DNA from: Takakia lepidozioides
Taxonomy: Eukaryota > Plantae > Bryophyta
Assembly (NCBI GenBank): GCA_030704615.1
Contig: CM060732.1
Location: 48,546,001-48,610,000, forward strand
Reading direction: 5' to 3'
Length of the DNA stretch: 64,000 nucleotides
The number at the start of each line of letters is the position of its first letter. The stretch's first letter is position 1. Below the pieces are notes generated by a model. That model worked only from the letters and a program-made list of their open reading frames with translations. It was not told the origin of the DNA and ran no database searches. Positions 1-11,639 of the stretch are shown one piece after another. The position numbers and the translations under genes are program-made.

Positions 1-332
1 GCGTGCGCTCACGCTATGCTGACATGGCGCGAGCGTAGGGGACCAGCAGCTGATGTGGCGTGAGCGTGACGTGGCATGAGCGTGAGCGTGCGCTCACGCT
101 ATGCTGACATGGCGCGAGCGTAGGGGACCAGCAGCTGATGTGGCGTGAGCGTGGGCTCACGCTGACATGGCGTGAGCGTGACATGGCATGAGCGTGCTGA
201 CATGGCAGTGAACAACATGATGTGGCAGTCCACATGTCCACGTGGGATTTGGCCTACGTGGCGGATGCCATGTCAACAAAAACATGTAGCGCCTATAGCC
301 GAGGGACCTATTGCTATGGCATTCATTCAGGG
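1..332. repeat. Transposon subterminal/terminal repeat region (85-bp-period direct repeat; GTGAGCGT and GCTGAYRTGGC motifs; ends CCTATAGCCGAGGG...CAGGG)
   Basis: 1-68 recurs at 86-153. The end motif matches 45420-45464 in the same orientation and 10751-10820 inverted. Confidence 0.6.
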
Positions 333-484
333 TAAATAGAATACGAAAACACCGGAAATGGGAAACCGGAAACATGTCGACGCATGCTTATCCATCCTAT
401 TTATTTTGCATTGATCACACTATTAAAATGGCACACATTAATCCTCAGTCGTGGAAGTTGCATTGGACGAAAGTCAGCTTCTTC

Positions 485-3400
485 CTATGTGCTTCTAACC
501 CGCTGCATAAGTGTATTCACCTCGTTGAAACTCATGGTGGCCTGGTGAATGAAGATGTCGCGTTTGGGATCACAAATCATTCTGTTCAGGAAGATAAAAT
601 AAAGATGCTTGCAAGGTACAAATTTGCCTCTCTTTCCCAAACTTGTTGAAAGCATGCCAACAAAATCAGGACAGGTGCAGTTGGGGAAATTTGAAACTGT
701 GATGTCGTAGAATCTGTCATGGATAGCAGATGTAGAGGTCATCATAGTGTAGATCCGACCATACCCGTGATCTGCAACTTCCGTAGTGCCTGCAACACGT
801 CCTAGAAGCATTCGAGCAGATTCCACCTTGCCGAAGTGCTCGGCAGTTGGAGGGAAACGATGTACTACCTTCCCAGTTCTTTTTGTTGGCCATGAATCTG
901 GGTTGGCTGGTGGCACTCTAGAACTTCGTGAAGTGGAAGCACTTGCACGCACAGAGGCTTCTTGCTGAAAGGAGAACCCTGCCTCCTCCAACATTGCAAT
1001 CTCCTGACTTGTGAGATTTGTCCCCACCTTGACAGGCCAAACGCTCGGTGGAGGAGGCTTCATGACCACTGATGGTCGCACAGTCCCACGCACGCACCTA
1101 CCACAGTTGTCAACACATAACCAAAAAATTCGATTTTTTGCTTCTGGCTGCTCGTAAGGCTGGAACAAACCGGTGAAGGTCGGTGCCGGAGTGAAGGCAC
1201 TGCCTCTGGATATGAAGGACTTGCACTTCTCACAATTGGTGGCTCTGATTGCGGAGCACTTCACTCGAGACCCAGCTCTGGTGCGTTCTATGTACCACAC
1301 TTCGTCAGAGCAGGTGGAGTCCACCACAGGCGAGAGCACGCTGGACTCATTGACAGTGGGAGATGCTGGCGTGCTTTGTGAGAAACGTTGCTCCGCACTG
1401 GATATTCCAGAGACGAACCTCTCATGCAATGGAACACGCGGAATGGAGAAGTTGTCCCTGTCCGCCCTGTGCGAGTCTGCATCCGACCCAGGAGGGGTGT
1501 TCAATTTCCGTTTACAGGAGCCGAATCTCTCCTCGCCCTCCAGATGGGGAACTCTGGACACCAGAGGAGTTCCCTCCGCACACATGCTGACAGCTCTGGC
1601 AATTTTGTTTGGATCCCCTGATCTTTTTGCAGCTCGCAACATCAACTCAGACTTGTCAGGGCCTTTGCCACCAACGCCACCCCTCAAGAAATCGCGATAT
1701 CTCGTTTGTTGCTGCAGAGCTCGGATGAGATCATCTGCCGTCGCCAGATACAAATCCCACCCCCGCTTTCCAGACTACTGCAACCACGCATTGTGCACTG
1801 TCTCCGCTAGATTGCAAGAGGGCATGTCCGCCATCTCCTCAATTGACAAGTGCTGCAGAAAGGGCAAACACACATGAGAACAAGCAGGTGCACCCCACGA
1901 CAACAGACATGATTGGAAATGCATACAGAGCCAATGAGAATTCATGATCTGAAATTCAGATACCGTTGTCATGCATGCTCCCCATTGTCTGTACCGGAAG
2001 TGCCAAAATGCTAGCCAGTCTTCCAGCGCTCTCATACTGTCTTCCGATACAGCCCCAGATGAGAACCACCAGGCACGAATTGACTGGAACAAAGTATTCG
2101 CCTCCGCCATGCTTTTGGCATCTTTGTACTGTTTGCATAGCTTAAGATGAATCGCCCGCATGTCCGGTTTGATGTCTGCCTTGGTATGTCTCTCAAGGGA
2201 CTGCGTCCAATGGAAAAGACATGTTCGCTCTCTTCCTGGCATTGGCACTTTTGGATCTCCTGAACTGAACACAATGCGAATAGCATTGAAATTTGCTTGA
2301 GCACTGTCGGCCATAAAACCAGCAAAATTTGGGGATGGGACACTATGGGATGCCATCACGCGAATGAGACATCTCCACATAAGCTGCTGCGACTCCGCAT
2401 CCTCCGATTACATGTCACACACTGCAATTGACATGACTCGCTGGTAGAAAGGATCGTAAACATGACACGCCATTGTTGTCCAGTCTTTCACTCGTTTGAC
2501 GTGATCAAACATAAGGAAACAGTTCTGCAGATAGCCATCCTTTTGCATGCGCTTGACAAGACTCACTCCGCTGCCCTCCCCGGCTGTCGACATTTTGAAA
2601 TTGTACACTTTGTTGGATCCTTGACCTGGGAACACGTTGTCTTGAATGTAGTTGTACATGCTCCGAGACTTCAATTCCAAAATGTTATCAATATACCCTC
2701 TGTTTGCAGAGCCCATCCTCAATGCATTCACCTGATTTCTAATGTTCGGTGAGCTCAAGGTTGAGAAGTGATCCATAACATTGTCCAAGGCACGCCCCTC
2801 CAGCTTTCTGCCCACAGAGTCCCCTACACTCAGAATATGGCTTTCCAGGAAACTCTTGCTTGCTTCAAGCACAATTGCAGAGGTGGTGGTTGTTGGATTG
2901 CTCTCGTACTCCTGTCTTATCAACTTCGATACTGTTTGAACACTCTCCCTGCAATCCCCCTTTGCCACATGATGGTTGTGGAATCCGAAATGTACACAAG
3001 CTCTAGTCATGTTTTTCAAACGGTGAACAACATAGTACTTACGTGCTGCACACACTGCCAGACAGGAAGGCGCTTGTTTGCAGAACTTGCAAACGAAAGT
3101 GTTGGATATTGGAGGTGCTTCACTAGGTTTGAATGGATTTTCGGCGACACCCTCCTTCAACCGCTAGAAATGCCTACAATTCAAATTCTCGCACATGAGG
3201 TGCCCATTGCACAAGCTTCTCCGGAAGACGAGGTTGTCATGATTTTGAATATTGGATGTTTTCGTTCTGCACCACGGGTATCCATCTCCTCTCTTGTCCA
3301 TTCCCTGCATGAGGCTCGTGACGGGTCCATCCCGCCTAGGTGGAGGTAGTTCAAAGACAACATCCCCATCGTAAGCATCCGGCAAGAACTCCACACACTC

Positions 3401-3953
3401 AATAGGGACAGTCTCCCAGTCAATCCCCCGCAATTCACTCTGGAAACCGGGCATTCCTCCCATTGACTTCAGTTTAGGAATGACACTGATGAGATGTGCC
3501 ACTTGCGGCTTCACGACCGGCGGTGTTTGCACACGAATTGGGATGCTAGAACGTCCTCAGAGGATGAGTCTGAGAGCTCAACTATTGGGGTGGAAGTAGT
3601 GGTCTCCGTCTTCACGACGATATTCTTTTTCTCTTGAGCAACAGAACAGCTGTTCCCGGGGAGACATACGAACCAGTGGACTGCCACCGAGGAGCTCCGA
3701 CGACCCTGTATCTTCCTGGAGGCACTCTCCACTGACTCACAAGAGAATTTTCATCCGGCTTCTGAAATGAGTACTTGATCAACTTCCCATGGACTTCGTA
3801 AGCCTCTCTTTCGAGGAAAACAGTGCCAATCTGGTACTCGAAACGCGTTGCCAGGAGATGTTCTTGCGCAATTGTGTAACCATTGGAATTGGTATCCTTC
3901 GAGAAAGGGACAGGCTTCTCCACAGAGTAAAAGTCCGTCTCAGACGAACCCAT
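485..3953 (-). pseudogene. MULE (Mutator-like) transposase with N-terminal GCM-like domain, DDE core and C-terminal SWIM finger; disrupted
   Basis: ORFs 3164-3532, 2408-3160, 1775-2380 and 485-1753 are in one frame, separated by single stops at 3164, 2408 and 1775. Motifs: WCRTKTSN..RRSLCNGHLMC..CKFC..HNH (GCM/WRKY-like); MFDH, MADSAQAN, CLFHW, NLAETVH (D, D, CxxH, E); CTCPDF-x-CKHLY (SWIM). Probable GT-AG intron 1853-1963. Frameshifts near 3530 and 3660. Confidence 0.85.
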
Positions 3954-4569
3954 GGTGAAAGACGAATAATTCCGAGCTAGACGGAGCTCGAAAGTGGAGA
4001 GGCCCACGACTTCCGTGGATTTTGTTCATCAATACCTGACAGACAGTTAAAGAGTCCTTGAAGAACAGTTGTGTAAACAGTTGTTAAAACAGGTGTCAAG
4101 CAGTTATGTGCCTGCCCACATCCAGTGCAAAAGACGGCTGAGCCGGAAAATCTGGGATACAATGGTTGTAGAAATGTTTTCAGGCACGTGGGCCCAGACA
4201 TTGCATTCATAGCACGGCTCCCAGAATGAATGAGAAGTTATGAACCGCCGCAATGCGCAAAATCAACTTGCACATGTATGGACATCGAATCCAGGGTATG
4301 GCCATACGGACACAAGAGGTGACGGCGGCCAGTGCCAAATGCACAAATGTTCATGTGCTATGTGGACACGTGTGAGTTGATCCCATGCATAACCGTCGCG
4401 AGCGTTGCCCCACTGGCATCCCCTCGCACAACGTCTCTGGGCCCAGCACATCCTCATTTTCAAGCTGGAGACTAGCAAGAGACTGAGTTCCCACAGAGAG
4501 AGTGGTAGGCATAGAAGGCAGTCTTTTTTTTTCACCTCAGCGCGAGAGAGGAAGAGGGCTAGAGAGAGA

Positions 4570-7500
4570 ATGAGAGGCCGCAAGCTAGATCTGACGCTTC
4601 AAGAGATAGCAGAGGAGAGTTCGGCCCTGAAAACAGAACAAATGACTGTGCAGGACCAGGCGGTCGGGGCTGCACAAGGAGGGGATGAAACACCATCAGA
4701 GAGCGACACAGAGGATATGGACATAGAGGAGCCCGCCGCTGTTGCTAATGAACCCACGCCAAAGGGGAAGAGTGTTGTTGAGAAGGAGGCGACACCGAAG
4801 AGGAAGCAGGCTGCGCAGACGGATACTGCTGTTGCATCCAAAGCATCAGGGAGTGCTCCCCCGAAAGGACCACAGGTGATGATCTTCCTTCCTCTCTTTT
4901 GGTGCAGATTGAAGGGCATGAAAATTGCGTGCGCTGACGCACGCAATCTCATGCCCTGCATTCATGTCTTTTCTTCTTCAGAGTTGAGTGAGGTAGATCA
5001 AGGTGAGTGATCTGATAGTTACATGAGTGTTCTGCTAGTTTTTCCTTTACTCCTTTCTTTTGTTCACTAAACAAGGAAGGGAGGCTATGTTTGGAGCAGG
5101 ACCTTTAGAGCACCTCCAGAAATTGCGTGCGTTGACGCACACAATTTCTAGAGGTGCTCTGAACGCCATGTTTTGCATTGAGCATCTCTAATTGCAGCCA
5201 TGAACAGAGGGAAATGGGCTGCATGATATCCGCTACAGCAAGCTCTACATGTCCCTAAGAGACCCTCAAAAATTGCGTGCGTCAACGCACTCAATTTCGG
5301 AGGGTGCTGTGATGGACATCCAGAGCTCTAAACAGATCTGCATGCCACGGTTTTGTTAGCACAAAATGATTGTCTTAAATCCACAAGTGACACTTCAGAG
5401 CACCCACCGAAAATTGCATGCGTTGACGCACGCAATTTTTGGGGTTGTTCTGAAGGACATTCTCCTAAGTCACTTCGAGATCAATGCACATGCATATCTT
5501 CAACTTGAAGAGAGGATGCACAGTTTGTAGATGCTTCAGAAATGCGTGCGTCAACGCACTCAATATGTGACATTGCTTTTACATGGAGAATTTTTCTTTT
5601 TGAATGCAGGCGAAGAAAAGGAGAGGTGCTCCCCTGGAGCAGGATGAAGATGAAGACCACGAACTTGTTGTTGTTGAGGAGGAAGACGATGGCAGGCCAT
5701 ACCAGGACAGGGCAAAAGATCTGTTGTCTTTCTCGAAAGTGAACTCAGCCCAAGTCATCAAGGCCATGGGCGTTCCTGGGGGGGAATTAATGATCCCACT
5801 CTGCAGGTTGATCTCCATACCGTTCGTCCGACCAACCCTCACGAATGACATTGCAAAGCTTGAATAGGATTTTTGCCATGGGTACATAGAGGGTCAATCT
5901 GTGTTTTACGTTTCGTTGGGCGACGCCAACGGCAGGGAAGTTTTGGTGGACGAGACCATTGTTGGAGGCTGCGATCCAATATGGCGACGCATCAACGAGG
6001 AGTTTGAATCAATTATTTGCATGAGGCTTGTTACACAGCCTTTCTCAGGCAAGATGTTCCATGTCTGGGATGGCAACCACCGATTGCTTGCCTGGCAGAA
6101 CATGATATCGAGGTATCATAGCACTGAGGGGGAGTGGCACTATTGTGTGGCCTCCATGGTGCTGGATCCCAAGGGAAACATCACTGCGCTCTTGACAGCA
6201 ATGCATGACGTGAACAAGTAAGTGTTTTTCCTGAAATAACCTGATTTTCCCTCATGTATGTGTTCCGGAATCATATCAGACATGTGATGACATACCACTG
6301 CTTGTGGCAGGGGAACTGAAACCACCCATGTTACAACGAACCTGGTACACACCCTATTCAGGATCCATAATATTGGCCAAATGCCCCTCAACACATTCAA
6401 GAGCATCCTCAGCCCAGAAACCTTCGCGAAATGCCAGACCTCCAAAACGTCTGACACATGGTACAAGCTGACAAGGGGAGCATTCATGGAATACATGTAC
6501 ACGGTTAGTATATCGTCACCAAGAACTTTCATTTTCTAGTACAATTCAAATTATTTTGTTATCTGATTTGTGATTGGTTTTTGCAGCAAGAGATAGCAGA
6601 GGCTGGGGAGAGGGTTAAAGCAGAGTACTACTTCAAAACCCCTGAGGGGATGAGAACATTGAAGGGAGTGGCTGAAGCAATGAAGTTAAAGATGAATGAG
6701 ACTCGGAAGAAGATCATGAGCGCCTTTGTGAAACAACTGAGAATAGCAGACCCTGCCTTTGGGCCTCAATTCTTGAACGAGGTGAGGAACCACTGGAACA
6801 ACAACACCAAGCCAGAGATGACACAAGAAAAGCTACATCGCTTGTCAACTGCAATGGTGGATTCCGAGCAGAAAGTTAAATGGTTGGAGATTTGGAATTC
6901 TGACCCAACAGTGAAGGACACATATTGCTTCCCAAAGGGGGAAAGAGACGAAAACACTGGCCACATCAAGCCCTTCAGCGATCAAGTTTTTGATACATGG
7001 CTGCACAAAGCCACGTACTGGAGCCAGGTAATCTTGTGGACTGTCTTTTCTTGAATTTACAGAAGGATCTTCCCTGGTATGGACTCTAACGTTTTGGATT
7101 GCGTCTTTTGATAGATTGAAGCTCGTGCAAACCAGGTGTTGGAGAAGCAGCTAAATGCTTACAAGATGACGATGACCTTGCCCGAAGATACTCTGGAGGA
7201 TTACTTGAGACAGTGGAAGGCGACAGCGTGGAATAACTGTTTCATCAGAGAGTTTGCCAGGGAGGGGGGGCATATCCCGCACAAAAGAGTTCGAGCAGCA
7301 GTTCGGAGCCGAGGGAGCCATGAAAAGGGTCCTGTACAGGTGGGTCATTTGAACTAAGCAGGTTCATCTTCTTCCTTTATGGCCCTCCAAAATTGCGTGC
7401 GTCAGCGCACTCATTTTTGGAGGGCTGGATCTTTGGACTGTTTTCCCTATGTCTCATTCAATGCAGGCTCGTTTCTTGGAGACCCGCTGCCTATCTGGTT

Positions 7501-9751
7501 GTTTTTTCATGTTATGAGTTTTTGTTGTCTGACCTCTACCTTCAATTGTCTTCTGACATTATTAAGGTGTTTTCCTGTTGTGTGCGTGTTTGTCAACTTT
7601 TATTGGACCCCTAAAAATGTGTGCGTTGACGCACACAGATTTCAGGGGCCAAACATCATGTAGTTTCTCCTCCACTTTCTGATACTGTGCCTGCATTGTT
7701 CTGTAGGTATATCAAGAACGTTCTGATTCCTGGGAACAACCTCAGCAAGTACCCAAGCTTCATCGACTTGTGGGCTGCCTCCTCCAACAGCCATACCATG
7801 TACACTGCAGCAATCCTCAGGGATTACGGTAGATATCACCTCAAGGACTGCTGCTGGTATCTCGACATACCCAAATCAGATTGCCCATGGTATGAGTTGC
7901 AGACACGGAACCATAATGACAATGCGGAGTCCTTGGCTCCTCTAACAGACAGGGAACTGCATGACAGAACCCTGCGAAACCTTGCTGAGAAGGAACCTAC
8001 AGCCACTAACACTCCGGCAAGAGGGAAGGGGAAGGGAAAGGGCACAAAGGACAAAGGGAAGGAGAAAAGCGCCCAAGGGGATGCTGCAGTAGGTGTTGGT
8101 TCCCAGACCCCAATTGCAACCAAGGATTGCAAACGCAAGGGGAAGTTTGAGCCATACGACGCAGTGGAGCACCCATCCCGAATCAACCGAGAATGCAGAT
8201 GCGAGCTTGTGAACGACTCCTTCCTTGCCATGATGGAGACCAGGAAAGGTGGTTACACTGGAGATCCCTCTCCAACGTGGGTTAAGATGAGTGCTTTTCT
8301 GGAGTTGGTAAGCAAATTTCCCATCTTCACTATTGCAAATTTCCCACCTTTACTGTTGCAAATTTCCCATCTTAGATGTGGTTTTGAATTTTTGTCGACG
8401 CTGTTTGCAGGTTTCGTTGGGGCGGGATTGGGTGAATGGTGCTCAGAAGCCGTATGCTGCAGACATGGTGATTGTTGACATTCCGGACGGGCAGGCGGTA
8501 CCAGACATTCTCCCCACTGGCACTTGCCCAACCTGGAATGCATTTGACGAAAGGTACTGGCGGTGGGTCTTCTCTTTTTGCAAGTTCTTTTTGTTAGATG
8601 GAGGGGTTCTGGTGATGATTCAGTCCATCACTACGAAATGCCGTCGGGAGATTTCAAGCTATATGAAGGCCTCGGGGATGAAGATTATCAAAACGTGGAA
8701 TTGTGTGAACAGCCTATACCTGACAAAGGGTGACTGCCCGAGACAAATGGTAATCCTCCTTCTCTTTTCTGCTTCAATTTGATTGCAATTTGGCCCCTCC
8801 AGAACTGAGTGCGTTGACACACTCAATTTCCGGATGGTGCAATTGCTCTCATCTGAGTGGGATTTTGAATCGGATCTTATCTGATTCGTGATGTCTTTTT
8901 GAGCAGACCCGCCTTTTTGAAGCCGTGTGCCTCGTCAGGATTCGCCCAGCATCCACTCCTGCGTCAGTGAAGGAATTCAGGCTTCATGGGGGAGGCTGTT
9001 TTATCAACGACAGGTTTGATCCTGTGGTGGACGACATTCACTACAACTACGTGGATTCTAATGTGTGTTTGAGAAAGTCCAATTCCACACCATGGAGAGG
9101 GGCGAAGGAGAAGAGCCCAGCTTTTATTCAGACAATTATAGAGACATGCTCTCATCCGGGGTCGTGCATCGTGGACCTCACTCTTGGGACAGGTTAGACC
9201 CCGATCAATCTCTGGTGTTCTCTTCTTGTTGCAGAGTTTGTAAAACCTTGCTAACAGTACAACGTCTTGCAGGCGCTTTGTACCATGCTTGCAAGGCTGG
9301 GGGTAGGCATTTGTTTGGTATAGAAAGGGATGCGGATATTTTCAATGACATCATTGCAGGCTTGCAAGGGCCAGCCCCTGTCGTCCAGGAACAGGAGGAT
9401 ACAGTGCTTGTGGATATCAACGAAGGGGACGACAAAGACCTGGACGACGATTTCGCATGTGAGTAAGTTGAAATTCTGTATGAATCTTTGTTCTCGAACA
9501 CAACCACCCACCATTCCCTTGTCTTCTATGTTCGCTAATGCATTGCGTTCACGTTGGTTGTCAGGATATTGGAAGCTATTCCTTTGCACAACGTCTGTGT
9601 TTTTCAGTCCGACTTCTGGTGCAGCCCTCCACGTTCTTACATCCTGCCAGAGTACGTTGAGGCCATTGCTCGACAGCGGTTGTTGAACAAATCTCCCCCG
9701 TGTGCTTACAAGCAGAAAAGGCGTCTAGGAGCTCGGGTTTTTCGTGGATGA
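4570..9751 (+). pseudogene. ParB/Srx-like domain plus beta-class N4/N6 DNA methyltransferase fusion, about 1,120 aa, 10 exons; one nonsense and one frameshift lesion
   Basis: GT-AG exons: 4570-4875, 5610-6217, 6311-6503, 6587-7027, 7115-7339, 7707-8307, 8411-8749, 8907-9192, 9273-9462, 9565-9751. ParB-like IPLCRL..VRP...FHVWDGNHRLLAW. MTase-like ADMVIVDIPDG, FLLDGGVLVM and EKSPAFIQTIIETCSHPGSCIVDLTLGTG|ALYHACKAGGRHLFGIERD. TAG at 5865; exon 5/6 phases match only if one G is removed from the G7 run at 7264-7270. Confidence 0.8.
4913..8846. repeat. Eight dispersed intronic palindromes, core AAATTGCGTGCGTYRACGCACGCAATTT
   Basis: Copies at about 4913-4957, 5107-5160, 5262-5305, 5393-5455, 5538-5570, 7382-7425, 7603-7652 and 8785-8846. 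All fall in predicted introns 1, 5 and 7. Confidence 0.9.
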
Positions 9752-11169
9752 TAGTGCCACAGTTTTAGGGGATAGTTGTAGTGATTGAGACCATGCGTCA
9801 ATGTAGTCCGGTTTTGGTTCTGGGCATGTGGCAAGTGCCACACCTATTGTGTTCCCACACATTTATGTAATACAATTCCTGCATACATGCCTGGTAATGT
9901 CGTTGAACGCTCGTTCCTCAATTTCAAGGCTTGTATGCATTTGCAAATATGACTTCTGTCTGTATTTATGTCTTCATTTCGCATCACTCTGTCATTTTTG
10001 CATGAGCTAACGTTTTAGGTGCAAGCCTTATGGCTGCAGTAGGTATGCACTATCGGCTTCAGCGCTAGATGAAGGGCACGACACTGATGCCTAACATTGG
10101 TTATGGGCCAAACAGGAAGAGTACGCATGTGTTGCCAAGTGGTGTCGTCAAAATTTTGTTGCACAATGTGAAAGACCTCGAACTCGTCATGCACAACTTT
10201 AATGGGTATGCTTACAACAAATGAATAAGCTTGAAAATGTTGGTGCTCTATCGAGAGATATTGGCACATTGTACCTCACTAGCAAGGCGACCAGGTCGCA
10301 TTGACAGTCCACAGCCACTTCAGTGTGGTGATATGGTGCGTTCCTCCAGTGTGGTCCTCAAATGGCTCGCTATGTGTCGACACTAAAGTGGAAAACAAAA
10401 GTGAAGCGTGCTGCACATGGAAAATGCTCCAGTAACCAGTGGGAAAATATCAAAGAATGGAATATGTGCCTGGCATCTGCTGTGTTATCTTATTCTACAT
10501 AGGTTTCATCGGTCCACCTTTCCCCAAATGGCAGACATTGGTTAAATCTTATCATGTGCTTCATGAGGGATTTTCTCATTGCACATACATCCACTCTCAT
10601 TCATTCATCCATTAGATTTCATCCACATTCATCCACATTTGCAGCGTGGCATCCACATTCACTGTCTATCATCCTCATGAATTCATCCACAACCATTGTC
10701 TATTTGGTCTCTGCAAACACAATCATTCAACAACATCGCCCACATATGTTCCCTTTATGCCGAATGCGCAATTCCACGGCTATGGGCCGCCTTCTACCTT
10801 TTCGGCCCGCGGTTATAGGTCGCTGCCTATGTAAATGACGTCAACCTGTCGTGACGTGGCGTCTACCAAGCTGGCAGGATGTGATGACATGGAGTCAGAC
10901 GCGGCCGCCTAGGTGGCAAGAAGTGCTGATGTGGCGTGAGCGTGGCTGCGCTCACGCACTCACATGCTCACGCTTCAGCATCCCCCGTTCGCGCGTACCA
11001 CTGTTTCTCTGCCCTTTATCATTGGTCCACCATCACTGGTCTGCAACGTTGGTCTGCCCAGGTCTGCCCAGTTCTACTCGGTCTGCCTAGGTCTACCAGT
11101 GTGCTCAATGGGTCTGCCATTTTGATTTGCAGCTGTTCCCTTGTGCTGATGCGCCCTGCGTTGTGGCAG

Positions 11170-11560
11170 GTCTCATTGGAGTTTGGTGATTACTGACCGG
11201 GTGCTCCGCATGTTCACTCATCTGAACTCAATCAAGGAGATGCACAAACCCGTGGAGATATTGCCATGGGTTCGAAATGTGTATGGAGCATGTCTCGGCT
11301 TGGAGCTGCACACGGCGTCGTGGGACGAGGCCACTGCATTCAATTTTCATGTCCCTGAAGTGCCACAGCAACCCTTCTCGTGGGAATGTGGCTTTTACGT
11401 CATGTCCTTTATCGAGGGGTTCTATGACTGGTTGAAGGGCGATCGTGGCAAAGGACTTAGAGAGAGAGGAAAGCCATTTACCTCAAAGTGGTTTACATTT
11501 CGCTATGCTTGCAGGCAACGCTTAAACTACAAGTCAGTGCTGGTCTACTGCTGGTGGTCT
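11170..11560 (+). pseudogene. Ulp1/C48 SUMO-protease catalytic exon (transposon cargo)
   Basis: After the acceptor ttgtggcag the exon reads SHWSLVI (His 11174), HLNSI (catalytic Asp position is Asn) and VPQQPFSWECGFYV (Gln, Cys 11387). No upstream exons seen. Confidence 0.8.
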
Positions 11561-11639
11561 GCGATCATGGTCTGCCGCATTGATCTACTGCAGGTGAGTA
11601 TTGGTCTACCGCATTGGACAATTGCAGGTCCTTTCCATA

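Noticed and set aside
4913-5570. Regularly spaced palindromes as a CRISPR array
   Set aside because: Spacing is 130-200 bp and irregular, the repeats are degenerate and intronic, and there are no cas genes in this eukaryotic context.
4570-9751. Bacterial or phage contamination explaining the ParB-MTase
   Set aside because: The gene is split by nine GT-AG introns, one inside MTase motif I, and is contiguous with plant transposons and genes.
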